Assembly: GCA_030390025.1 (NCBI GenBank)
Contig: CM059431.1
Coordinates: 113,338,001-113,402,000 of the forward strand
Direction of reading: 5' to 3'
From: Squalus acanthias
Lineage: Eukaryota
DNA: 64,000 bases
Shown piece after piece: positions 1-9,872 of the stretch; within the stretch, counting starts at the first letter, position 1, and each line of letters begins with the position of its first letter. The position numbers were made by a program, and so were the translations under genes. The notes under the pieces are model-generated. The model was given only the letters and a program-made list of their open reading frames with translations. It made no database searches and had not been told where the DNA came from.

Positions 1-180
1 CCTAAACCTCTCTGACTTGCTACCTCTCCTCCTTTAAGATGCTCTTTAAAACTTACCTACTTGTCCTAGTATCTCCTTATGTGGCTCGGTGTCAAATGTT
101 GTTTGATAATGGTCCTGTGAAGCGCCTTGGGATGCTTTACTATGTTAAAGGTGCTATATAAATGCAAGTTGTTGTTGTTG
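1..180 (+). mobile_element. L2-type LINE 3' end fragment with (GTT)n tail
   Basis: Ends in ...aaaggtgctatataaatgcaagttgttgttgttg; near-identical tails at 22560-22874 and 62200-62500, and reverse-complemented at 39301-39825. Confidence 0.65.
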
Positions 181-1434
181 TGTACATAGTCAGCAGATTT
201 ACTGTGAAATAAACTATCCTAACAGCCTCTAGAGATATAATTGTACATAGTTATGGATTTCGGATGGGAACAAACCACTGTTCCAGCTAGTCTACCCAGC
301 GAATTATTCCCTTTCTTTCTGGTCAAACATCTATCATTTATAACATTCGATAACCATGAGTTCCTTTGGACACCAAAAACTTGTCTACTTCCTTTTTGAA
401 AGCCCTTAAAAGTTTCCTATTGACCACATATGCTTCTATGACCACGTGCATGAGCGAAACAATACAAAATGGAGCAAGGTGGTGAAAGTGCCCTGTAGAA
501 AGTATAGTTCATAAACTACACCACTAAGGCTGCAGTTCTGAGTGCAGATCCAAACACTGAGTTGGGGCAAGAGGAGCAAGTATAAACAAAATAGAACGAG
601 ACCACATGAAAATGAGATATAGTAGTAACTAAAATGTCTTTTTCCGTCTTGGTTTTAATTTAATCAATCGTTTCTGGATTCTCCTTAACAGGAAGCGTCC
701 TGCCTTTTAAAGCCTTGCTGTTTCCTTTTAGCAGGCTAAGTATATTCTATAACTGTGTATTGGCAACTTTTGGGATTGGTCGGCTCAAATGGGGTGAAGC
801 AAACATTTTGTTAAGAATGTATTTAGTCACTAGTTCAAAGAGTGATTAATGAAGCATTGGAAGATTAATGGATGGGTGCTTTTTCCAAATAGGCAGAAAC
901 AAGGAAAGCTTTGAAAAGATTTAAATAGAATACTACAAATCTAAGCACAGAAGGAGGCCTTTTCAACCCGCCATGCCTGTAATTCTACAACCTCCACACC
1001 AGTTGTTTATTCTCATCCCATTTTGCTGCTCTTTCCCACACCTTTTTAACATCTTTCTCTAAGCGTTTATCTAACTGCCTTATAAACACTATTAGCTTCA
1101 ATAGCCACCTGCGGTAATATACACAGGGGTAAAAATTCAGTTGGTTGCGCCTCCCGTTAGCGCCTTAAGAGGGCGTTAATGGGGCGCAAAGCCGCTAACG
1201 CCCGGGCGCAGCAATGTTTGCGCCGCTCGAGAACTTAACTTGAGATTGTGCGGCGGCGCTAAAACTTACCGCTGCGACCACCTGCGTGCGCAGATTGTGA
1301 CGTCATTCCATGGTGCAACGCCCTTGTGGCGCCCCGGAGCGGAAATTGAGTGGCGCCCCCTGCCTTACCGCCTGGCGCTTCCAACGACCGGAAGACTGGA
1401 ACGCTATCAATCGCTGTGGGGCTGGGGGGGGCGC

Positions 1435-1442
1435 TATTTAAA
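1435..1442 (+). promoter_or_regulatory. TATA-like box upstream of the element A transposase
   Basis: TATTTAAA about 200 bp before the ATG; similar TATTTAA/TTTAAG motifs sit upstream of gene starts in other elements (9668-9674, 29651-29658, about 5062, about 35883). Confidence 0.35.
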
Positions 1443-1636
1443 GGGGGCCTCTTCCTGTCTTTTTCTGTGGTCGACATTTATGCACCACTCGTTCTGAGAG
1501 AGAGAGAGAGATTCGGAGAGAGAGAGAGAGAGACTTCTACATTGACTCAACGCTTTGTGAGGTAGTTTTGCCTATTGATCCTAACTTTGCTGCTACTTTA
1601 GTTGCTGTCCCTCATTACTTTGCTTGCAAAGAGAAT

Positions 1637-2797
1637 ATGGGGGCTGCACTGATTGGGGGCGGCGTCCTGCTCCAGCTGAATCGGAGGATACAGAGATGCA
1701 GAGAGAGAGTGGCAATGATGGCCAGACGGAGGAGGGCCATCAGGCGTCTGTACAGGAGAGCTTACCCTCCCAGGGTATATCGTGAACAGCTCTCCTACAT
1801 CCATATGTCCGAGGAGCTGTGTTTGCGAAGGCTGCGATTCAGCAAGGAGGTGGTCACTGAGCTCTGCCACCTGCTGCAGCCAGATCTGCAGCCTCAACTG
1901 AGGTCCAGGACGTCTCTGTCGGTGGCAGTGAAGGTCACAGTGGCTTTGAACTTTTACGCCACTGGCTCATTCCAAGCTGCTGCTGGGGACCTCGCCAATA
2001 TCTCCCAGTTCGCGGTGCATTGCTGCATCCGGCAGGTCACAAATGCCCTCTTCAGAAGGAGACGAGAGTTCATCTCTTTCCCTATGACCCCAGACAAGCA
2101 GCGTGACTGCGCTCTGGGCTTTGCGAGGGTAGCGGGCTTCCCCATGGTGCAGGGCGCCATTGACTGCACGCATGTGGCTTTGCGTGCTCCGCGTGAGAAT
2201 GCCGAGGAATTCAGGAACAGAAAGGGGTTCCATTCCTTGAATGTTCAGTTGGTCTGTGACCACAGACAGCTGATACTCGCTGTCAATGCCCAGTATCCTG
2301 TCAGCTGCCACGATGCTTTTATCCTGCGCCAGACTACTGTGGCAGAACTTTTCGAGGCACCGCATCAGCCAGTTGGTTGGCTTCTCGGGGACAAGGGGTA
2401 TGCATTGAGCACCTGGCTGATGACACCGCTCCGTACACCCAACACCCCTGCTGAGCTGCGGTACAATGAAAGCCATCAAGCAACCAGGAACATTATTGAG
2501 CGCACAATCGGCATGCTGAAACAACGGTTCCGCTGTCTGGACCATTCCGGAGGAGCCCTGCAGTACTCGCCTGAGCGAGTATCGAACTTCGTAGTCGTGT
2601 GCTGCATGTTGCATAACATGGCAATCCTCAGGACCCAGCCAATGCCACCAGGCCTTGGAGCACCACCAGAGGAGGAGGAGGAAGAGGAGGAAGAGGACGA
2701 GGACGATGATCATCAGCAGCACCAAGGCAGGAGGGCGGCCCACAATGGTCAAACTGCAAGGACCGTCCGTCAACGGCTAATAGCAAGCCGCTTCTAG
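1637..2797 (+). CDS. Harbinger (HARBI1-like) DDE transposase, 386 aa, uninterrupted
   Basis: First ATG at 1637 inside ORF 1568..2797; motifs GAIDCTH (D 2162-2164), [18 protein letters not shown] (D 2390-2392), IIERTIGMLKQRF (E 2498-2500), CCMLHN; acidic C-terminal tract. Confidence 0.93.
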   Translation: MGAALIGGGVLLQLNRRIQRCRERVAMMARRRRAIRRLYRRAYPPRVYREQLSYIHMSEELCLRRLRFSKEVVTELCHLLQPDLQPQLRSRTSLSVAVKVTVALNFYATGSFQAAAGDLANISQFAVHCCIRQVTNALFRRRREFISFPMTPDKQRDCALGFARVAGFPMVQGAIDCTHVALRAPRENAEEFRNRKGFHSLNVQLVCDHRQLILAVNAQYPVSCHDAFILRQTTVAELFEAPHQPVGWLLGDKGYALSTWLMTPLRTPNTPAELRYNESHQATRNIIERTIGMLKQRFRCLDHSGGALQYSPERVSNFVVVCCMLHNMAILRTQPMPPGLGAPPEEEEEEEEEDEDDDHQQHQGRRAAHNGQTARTVRQRLIASRF

Positions 2798-3090
2798 GGC
2801 CCCTGCCATTGCTACCAACATTAATCAACCCAGCACGCAACCCCTAAGCCGGCCAAGGCACCAATAATTCCAACCACCAACCATGTATATTTTGAATACA
2901 GAAACTTATTTATTTACAAACTCTGTGTGTGTCAATTCCTCATGACAAACTCATAGAAATAAACACAAAAAAACAGTCAATAACATAACTGGTTCTCACA
3001 ACCTGGAGATAATGTCCAAAACACTAAACAAAAGTTGGACCATGAACCTCGACCTTTAATAAAAAAATGACCAGCATTTTGTCACACCTC

Positions 3091-4967
3091 CTACTTTTTG
3101 CCCTTCGAGGGTGATCTCCTTCCCTTGCGCACTTCCCCCCTTCTAACCCTACTGCTCCTCCGTAATGGGACCTCAGTGGCTGCAGCAAGGCTGGTGGAAG
3201 GCTGCTGCTCGTCAGACCCTGACACTGCAGATGCCCCTGAAGGACGGCCTCGACCACTTCTGGGCCTGGAGGGCCCGGCTGCAGACTGCACCAACTCTGC
3301 ATGGGCGGCAGCAGTCTGTCCTACAGGCGGTGGCAAGTGCAGTGGAGAAGTGACAGTGTTGGCAGCAGGAATGCTGTCATCGTGAGAGAGGACAGCAACT
3401 CCCTGCTCGCCCGACACACTGGCACTCCCACGGGGCAGCACTTCAGCATCCGGAGCAATCTGCCGGAGAACAGATTGCTGGCCTGCTGCGGCGCGGTGAC
3501 AGCCCCGGGGACATGTGCACGAACCATCGAGGTTGGCAGCAGTCTGTGCTCGCGTGGCCTCAATCTGAGTCTGTATGAGAGCAGTCAGAGATGGGATCAC
3601 GGCAGCCAGTGACTGAATTGCAGCACTAAGCGTTAGTGTGGCATCCGCCTGTGCTACAGCGAAGTGCTCCACACTCCTTGCCAGTGATTCAATGCATTCG
3701 GGCACACTTCCCACTGCACCCATGAGCTCAGTGTGCATGCCCACCGCCTGGGTGTTCATTTCTGCAATCAGCCGCTCCTCCTCTGCGTCCATTGCAGTAG
3801 GAGTGTCTGGCATACTCTCCCTCTGGGGAGAAGGCCCCCGTTCTTCCCTACCCCCCCCATGGCGTTGCTGCAGCCCGCTGGGTCCTGGAGCTTCACCCTC
3901 ATCAGCCCCTTCCCCCCTGCTCCCCTCCGGGGAAGGCGTGTTCCCAGTGTGGGCATGGGCTTCCTCGGGAGAGGGTGGCACTGATGCTCTGGCTTCCTCT
4001 TCCTCCTCAGCTGCAGCATCACTCCCAGTGGCAGCTTCAGGGCCCGTCTCCTCAGCTGGTGAATCACCATCTGAAAGCAGGGAGGTACAAGAGTGGCTTT
4101 AGCGTGAGGACAGGGTGGCAGTAAGGGAGGAATAAGTGCAGCGAGTTAGCAAGTTGGATTGAAAGTGTCAAAGGCTGGTGTTGTGAGGGACAAGTGGAAG
4201 GACAGAGGACAAAAAGGTGATGACCTTACCATTGCTGTCCAGAACGGGGTCGGCGTCTCCAGTGGCGACGGGACCGATCACCCGGCTTGCCACAATCCTG
4301 TGGACGCGCTCCTCAAGCTCGCTGAGGGGTTGCAGCTGAGGCCGCCCTCCACCTGTCCGTTGCTGCTGTCTCCGATTATGCGCCAGCTTGGCCTGTAAGA
4401 AAAAGGACAGCATCTGAGTAAATATACAGCCATGGTCTTGCCTGATGTGCCTCCCATAGGTGAATAGCCCTTACTGTATGCAGCCATGGTCTTGCCTGAT
4501 GTGCCTCCCATAGGTGAATAGCCCTTACTGTATGCAGCCATGGTCTTGCCTGATGTGCCTCCCATAGGTGAATAGCCCTTACTGTATGCAAAGTGTGGAA
4601 TGTGTGTGTGTGTTTGATGAAAGGGCCATAGGTGTTGGATGAGTGTTGTGCATTGGGGTTTTAAGACCCTCTGGCCATAGAGTGAGGTTGAGATGGAGGG
4701 ATGGAGAGGTATTGAGAAAAAGCCACTCACCCTGACGACCCGAGTGAGGTCGTTGAACTTTTTGCGGCATTGAGTATGGGTCCTGGGCACCATGCTCCTG
4801 GAGGAGACGCTCTGAGCCACCTCCCTCCACACTCTTCTGAACTCGCGTGGCAAAGGCCTCCTGCCACTCTCAGGGAAGAGCATACATCGTCTGCGCTCCA
4901 CTGCGCCAACCAGAGCATCCAAGGCCCGCTCGGTGAAGCGATGAGCGCGTTCTCTCACCCTCTCCAT
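3091..4967 (-). CDS. Harbinger Myb/SANT-like DNA-binding partner protein, 3 exons (4967-4731, 4392-4230, 4070-3091), 459 aa
   Basis: Exon 1 MERVRERAHRFTERAL...VWREVAQSVS...QCRKKFNDLTRVVR then GTGAGT; acceptor tttttcttacag/GCC; exon 2 AKLAHNRRQQQRTGGG...; donor G/GTAAGG; acceptor ctttcag/AT; 237+163+980=1380 nt, in frame with ORF 3091..3981 and no internal stop. Confidence 0.85.
4427..4588. repeat. Perfect 54-bp tandem repeat x3 in intron 1 of the Myb gene
   Basis: cagccatggtcttgcctgatgtgcctcccataggtgaatagcccttactgtatg at 4427, 4481 and 4535. Confidence 0.95.
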
Positions 4968-5409
4968 GCTTGGCAGCAAAATGGATTCACAGGTCTCTCC
5001 AGGCTGAGATTCAAGGCTGCAATGAGCAGGGTGTGGCTGGGGAGCAAGTGGCCCCCCCCGCTTTAAGAAGTGGCCGGCGCCAGTGTGTCTGTGTTCCCTC
5101 GCTAACTGGCAGCAGCTGCGCTGCGCTCGCGCGCTGAGTTAGCGCCTCACTCCTTGGCCTTTGCGCCTTAAGACAGGTGTGCAGCGCCTGCTTTAGCGCT
5201 CCACTCACCTCCCGGGGCGGTAAAAGTGAAGTTTCCAGTCAGTGCCGATAATTAGCGCCAGGCGCTAATATTTGCGTCCAGACGATATTTGCGCCCCAAA
5301 TGGGGCGCGACCTAATTTCTACCCCACATTGTCTTAAGGCTCTGTATGAAAAAGGTTCTGACAACTCCCTCGTTTCTACTTCTAGTACTACTACTAAATA
5401 TATTCTAGT

Positions 5410-5510
5410 AGCAAAATACTGCGGATGCTGGAAATCTGAAATAAAAACAGAAAATGCTGGAAACACTCAGCAGGTCAGGCAGCATCTGTGGAGAGAGACA
5501 CAGAGTTAAC
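5410..5510 (-). mobile_element. Distal 3' terminus of a Penelope-like element, cut off by Harbinger element B
   Basis: Continues at 9873; an uninterrupted copy lies reverse-complemented at 59068-59165. Confidence 0.75.
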
Positions 5511-6048
5511 GGCCGCGATTTTGCTGATGCTCTGAGGGCGGGTTTGGCAGCGGGTCAGAGGTTAAAATCGTTTTGATTGATAGCGGGTTGCGATCCCGCC
5601 GTCAGCCCGCCTCCACGCTACTTTGCCAAGTGCCGGCTCTGGGAGTTCCGATCGGTCCCGCCACCAAGCGGCGGGAGAGGCACTTAAGGCAGTTAACAGC
5701 TTGTTAATTGCCTGGATAAGCCGATTTTAACAGGGTCTTGCAATTTTATTGCATTTTCAGCGTGTTCCACGCCGTTCGCAAACCACGCCAGCTGATTGTG
5801 CCGGGTTCAGCAAGTGCCTGACTTCTTGACAGTTGCAGCTCCAGCATAAAGCGGAGCTCTAACATGGCTCCCTTACAGATGACAGAACTTTGTTTTTTCA
5901 GGTGTTGGAACACTTTTTGCAAGTCTACTGATCTTGTAAGTGGTGAAGCTGAGATCCATATGCACTGTGACCTCCTTGGAAAACCCTCTGGCCACATTGA
6001 CTGAGCGCTTATAACTTCTAGTCCTCAACTGAGATATATACCAGCAGA

Positions 6049-7267
6049 ATGGGAACCATTTATACCCTGTCATCCTGGTCATCAGAATCGGAGGAAGAGC
6101 AGCCGCGGCAGCAGCAGAACCAGGCACAACAGCAGCAGCAACAGCAGGAGCGCCAACCTCCTCCTCACCCACCTGATACTGCACAGGGTAGAGGGAGTCA
6201 GCGCAGGGCTGCACCACGCCGCAGGAGATACCCCCAACACAGGGTTTACAGGCCGAGGATGAGCTTCCTCAACATGACTGAGCAGCAGTGCCAAAGGAGG
6301 CTGAGACTTTCGCGAGAGGTAGTTGCTGACATCTGCGCAATGCTGCACCAACACCTGGAGCCCAGAGGAGCGGGTGGACACCAATTACCAGTCGCTTTCA
6401 AAGTCACCACCGCCCTCAAATTCTTTGCTTCAGGGTCCTTCCAGGGATCATCAGCAGACATCGATGGAATCTCCCAGTCGGCCACACACACTTGCATCAC
6501 GCAGGTAACTGATGGCCTCTTTGCAAAGGTGCACAATTACATCCACTTCTCCACGGATGAAGCAAGTGTAATCGCGCATGCGATTGACTTTGCAAAGATG
6601 GCAGGCTTTCCAAGGGTGCAGGGCGTCATAGACTGCACACATGTGGCCATTAGGGCACCCCATCACAACCCGCAAGGTCTTCCACTCCCTTAACGTCCAG
6701 CTGGTGTGTAACCACAGGAAGAACATTATGCATGTTTGCGCAAAGTACCCTGGCAGTTGCCATGACTCCTTCATCCTGCGGCAGTCTACTATGCCTCAGC
6801 TCTTCAATCCGCCAACCCAACTTTCCGGATGGCTACTTGGAGACAAGGGCTATCCCCTGAAGACGTGGCTAATGACGCCATTAAGGAGGCCATCAAACGA
6901 AACTGAGGAGCGCTACAATGCCAGCCACATTTCCACCAGAGCCATCATCGAGCAAACCATCGGCTTGCTCAAAATGCGATTCAGAAGCCTCGACAGATCA
7001 GGTGGAGCCCTACAGTACTCACCAGCCAGGGTCTCCAGAATCATCGTGGTCTGCTGTGCACTGCACAACATCGCACAGCAGCATGGCTTAGCGCTGCCTG
7101 AGGAACAAGTGGCTCAGCGCAGAGCCTCCTCCTCAAAGGAGGATGAGGAGGTGGAGGAGGAGGAGGAGGAGGACCTTACGGAGGCAGATGCGCCAGTTCC
7201 ACCAGCACGCGAGCACATTGCTGCCTGTGATGCAAGGGATGCATTAATCTATGCCAGATTCACTTAA
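6049..7267 (+). pseudogene. Harbinger transposase with a frameshift near 6672 and a poly-Q N-terminus
   Basis: ORF 6049..6693 (GVIDCTH) continues in another frame as 6641..7267 (FHSLNVQ, GDKGY, IIEQTIG); relative to the element C homolog, about 17 nt encoding PGIFVN are missing. Confidence 0.9.
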
Positions 7268-7528
7268 GTTGACGAAGCAACCACATGTGGCTGCCATCTT
7301 CTTAATACACCATACACATTGTACAATAAAGTGTGGGTTCCTATCACTCTCACCACCATCATTACAGATGAAAGGTGCCCTGGCACCTCACTGTGACACT
7401 TCCATTTCTGGGCACACATAGGTCAGCTCTTTGAATGTTTGCCATCGCATTTCTTTATTGAAATTGAAATGGCGATGATTATATTAAAGATGTATTGCAT
7501 CAAAACACCCAAGTGACTACCCTTGTGA

Positions 7529-9601
7529 CTATAGCTGCTTCATCTTTCTCTTATGCATGCTTCTACATGGTGCTTCCCCTGTGGCTTCAGCAGATGTGGA
7601 GGCCCCTTGCTCACTTTCATGCTGCTCCTGCTTCGACACCTTTGGCGGGCGTCCTCTGGGCTTGCGAGCCTGGGAGGGCTCGGCAACAGTCTGCTCCTCC
7701 TGCGACTGTGCAGGGGCTGAGACGGCCATCTCAGTTGGGTGAGGACTCTGAGGCTCTGACCGAGGGAACCGCAGTGGCATGGTCGTGTGAGCGCTTGGAG
7801 AGGAGCCCACACTTCCTTGTTGCCTGCCACCAACATCCCTCTCATGGGTCAGCCACACTTCAGTGCTAGCAAGTGACTGGGCAGCACCTTGCTGCACATC
7901 AGTGGGGCCATGAGGACCCGTACCGGCACTGGCAGTCCTCCTCAAAGGACGTCCATGAAGCTCTGGTCTCTCTGCTCAATAGCTGCCCATTGCTCCTCCA
8001 GAGATGTCAATCTATTCTGAACAATCACCATGTTTTCCTGACTCTGGCGACTTATTTCCTCCATGACCGTAGCCATCCTTTCCATGTATAATTTTATTGT
8101 GAAACAATTTCTGACGAGAGTCCCTGAATTAAGAGGAAAGATCACAGACAGCGGTTCTTAAAGGGACACTGCAGCCCCAAGATCACAATCAGCTATATAT
8201 CCAGAATATTAAACTCCAGCCAAATTATTGGGGATATTAACCATGGTGGTGCGTTCATGCGCCATTGCCTCCACAAAGGCAGTGCTCATGTTAGAGATGG
8301 ACTCCTCCATCCTCTCCACACTCGCAGTTACCCCGGATGCAAAACCTGCCAGAGACTCCTGCACTTGTTCATGGAATTCCAGCACCGCTCTCTTTCTGGA
8401 TGGCCCCAGAGTCAAAGGGTCCACATGCAGCTGAGCAGAGCTTGGAGCGCCCTGCGGCCTCCGACGAGGACTGTCAACTGCTGTCCCTGTCTCCACCATC
8501 TGCTGATGCTCACTTGTGAGCTGTGATACACCAGGTGACAACACTACTCTATCCTGCGAAGGACCCACCGAGGTGTGCATATCTGCGCTGGTGCTGGGTG
8601 CGCTTAATTCTGCTGACGCTGCACCCTCAGAGGTTGCATCTTCCTCGGGGGAGTCTTCTGGCTCTTCCTCCTAGACAGTGGGGAGGGGGGCTCTCGATGG
8701 TCCTGTGGGGGAGTAAAGGCATGAGTTAGACATGTGATATTAACATAGCATGCACATCGAATTGTGCAGATGATCATAACTCAATCTGTATGAACATCAG
8801 ATGCCATATCAGTCACTCATGCAATGTAACTGAGAGGGCTGCAAATCTATTCTGTCACCAGCTTGCTCTACTGCGCCCGTCTGACCATCCCCCACTTCCA
8901 GATCCTCAGCTCCTCCTATGATCTCCAGAGCAGCCTCCTCAGCGGTGGTCAGCTGGGCAATGGAAGGTGGACCTCCTCCTGTCCTGGCCCTCTCCCTCTT
9001 ATTGTGGGATCTCTTTTCCTGCAATGAGGGACACAAGTGGAGTTGGAGTGAGAATGTTCGAGTGAGTATAGAGAATCCATAGCATAGATGCTTAGAGGGA
9101 GACAAAGATGGAGGGAGGTGCCAATACCAAGGGCCCTCCTTGTGCGTTGTTAGTTGTTGTCATTGCATAACAGTGATAGCGAGTGTGAGGGGTGCATAGT
9201 AGAATAGTGAAGTGACTCTGTACATAGAGAGAGAGGGATGGTTATGGGTGCAAGGGATGTAAGGGTAAAGTGGGATGTGCAGGAGTAGATTGACAATGCA
9301 GAGTGCTGGTGATGAGAGGAGATGGGGAGCAGATTGAAGGTAAGTGTGATGTTAGACTCACTTTTGCTGTGTGTACCAGGTCATTAAACCTTTTTCTGCA
9401 CTGGACCCAGGAGCAAGCACACAACGATCTGGAGCTCACCTCCTCAGCAAGTTGCAGCCAGGCTCCTTTGCTTTGCTGAGGAGGCTTCCTCCCTCCGGAT
9501 GAGGGGAAGAGTACCTCCTGGCGCCCTCTCACTCCCTCCACAAGAGCATGGAGGGAGTCATCATCAAAGCGGGGAGAGGCCTTAGCTCTTGCAGCAGTCA
9601 T
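7529..9601 (-). pseudogene. Harbinger Myb/SANT partner gene, disrupted (exons 9601-9362, 9018-8859, 8702-7529)
   Basis: Exon 1 MTAARAKASPRFDDDSL...WVQCRKRFNDL then GTGAGT; exon 2 EKRSHNKRERARTGGG; exon 3 has an in-frame TAG at 8671-8673, a 154-bp insertion and a further stop/frameshift near 7945; C-terminus RKPRGRPPK. Confidence 0.82.
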
Positions 9602-9872
9602 GGCTACAATTTCAACAAGGAGAAGCAGCAGGAAAGGATAGATTCGAAACAATGCTGCATGGGCCCCTTAAATACAGCTGGCTGACAAACGTCAGCAGAG
9701 GCGAGCAGCAGACCTGAAACCACTAATTGGGCCGGGTAGCGCGCACGGACACATTAAGTAGGCCACTTAAGGCAAAATCGCTTTTTCTGGATGGCTGAAA
9801 GCGGAGGCGGGACCGGAACCTGCCGAACCTCAAACCCACACCCAACCCGCCTCCATTGATAAAATCGCGGCC

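Larger units (their letters stand above)
1126..5325 (+). mobile_element. Apparently complete autonomous PIF/Harbinger DNA transposon (element A, 4200 bp)
   Basis: TIRs GGGGTAAAAATT (1126) and AATTTCTACCCC (ends 5325), 11/12 match; ACA on both flanks (1123-1125, 5326-5328); convergent transposase and Myb/SANT genes inside. Confidence 0.93.
5511..9872 (+). mobile_element. Full-length but decayed PIF/Harbinger transposon (element B, 4362 bp)
   Basis: Perfect 12-bp TIRs GGCCGCGATTTT / AAAATCGCGGCC; flanks AAC (5508-5510) and AAT (9873-9875); convergent transposase and Myb genes. Confidence 0.92.

Noticed and set aside
1967..2773. 268-aa antisense ORF over the transposase
   Set aside because: Shadow frame of a GC-rich coding sequence; not preserved opposite transposases B or C
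1637..2797. Domesticated host gene HARBI1 (and NAIF1/MSANTD for the partner)
   Set aside because: Enclosed by TIRs and a TSD, with decayed relatives nearby, so it is a transposon gene; no symbol assigned
4427..4588. CRISPR-like array
   Set aside because: Head-to-tail repeats without spacers in a eukaryotic context
4278..4730. C-terminal repeat peptide AYSKGYSPMGGTSGKTMA x3 in ORF 4278..4979
   Set aside because: Read-through into intron 1 past the GTGAGT donor; the repeat is intronic
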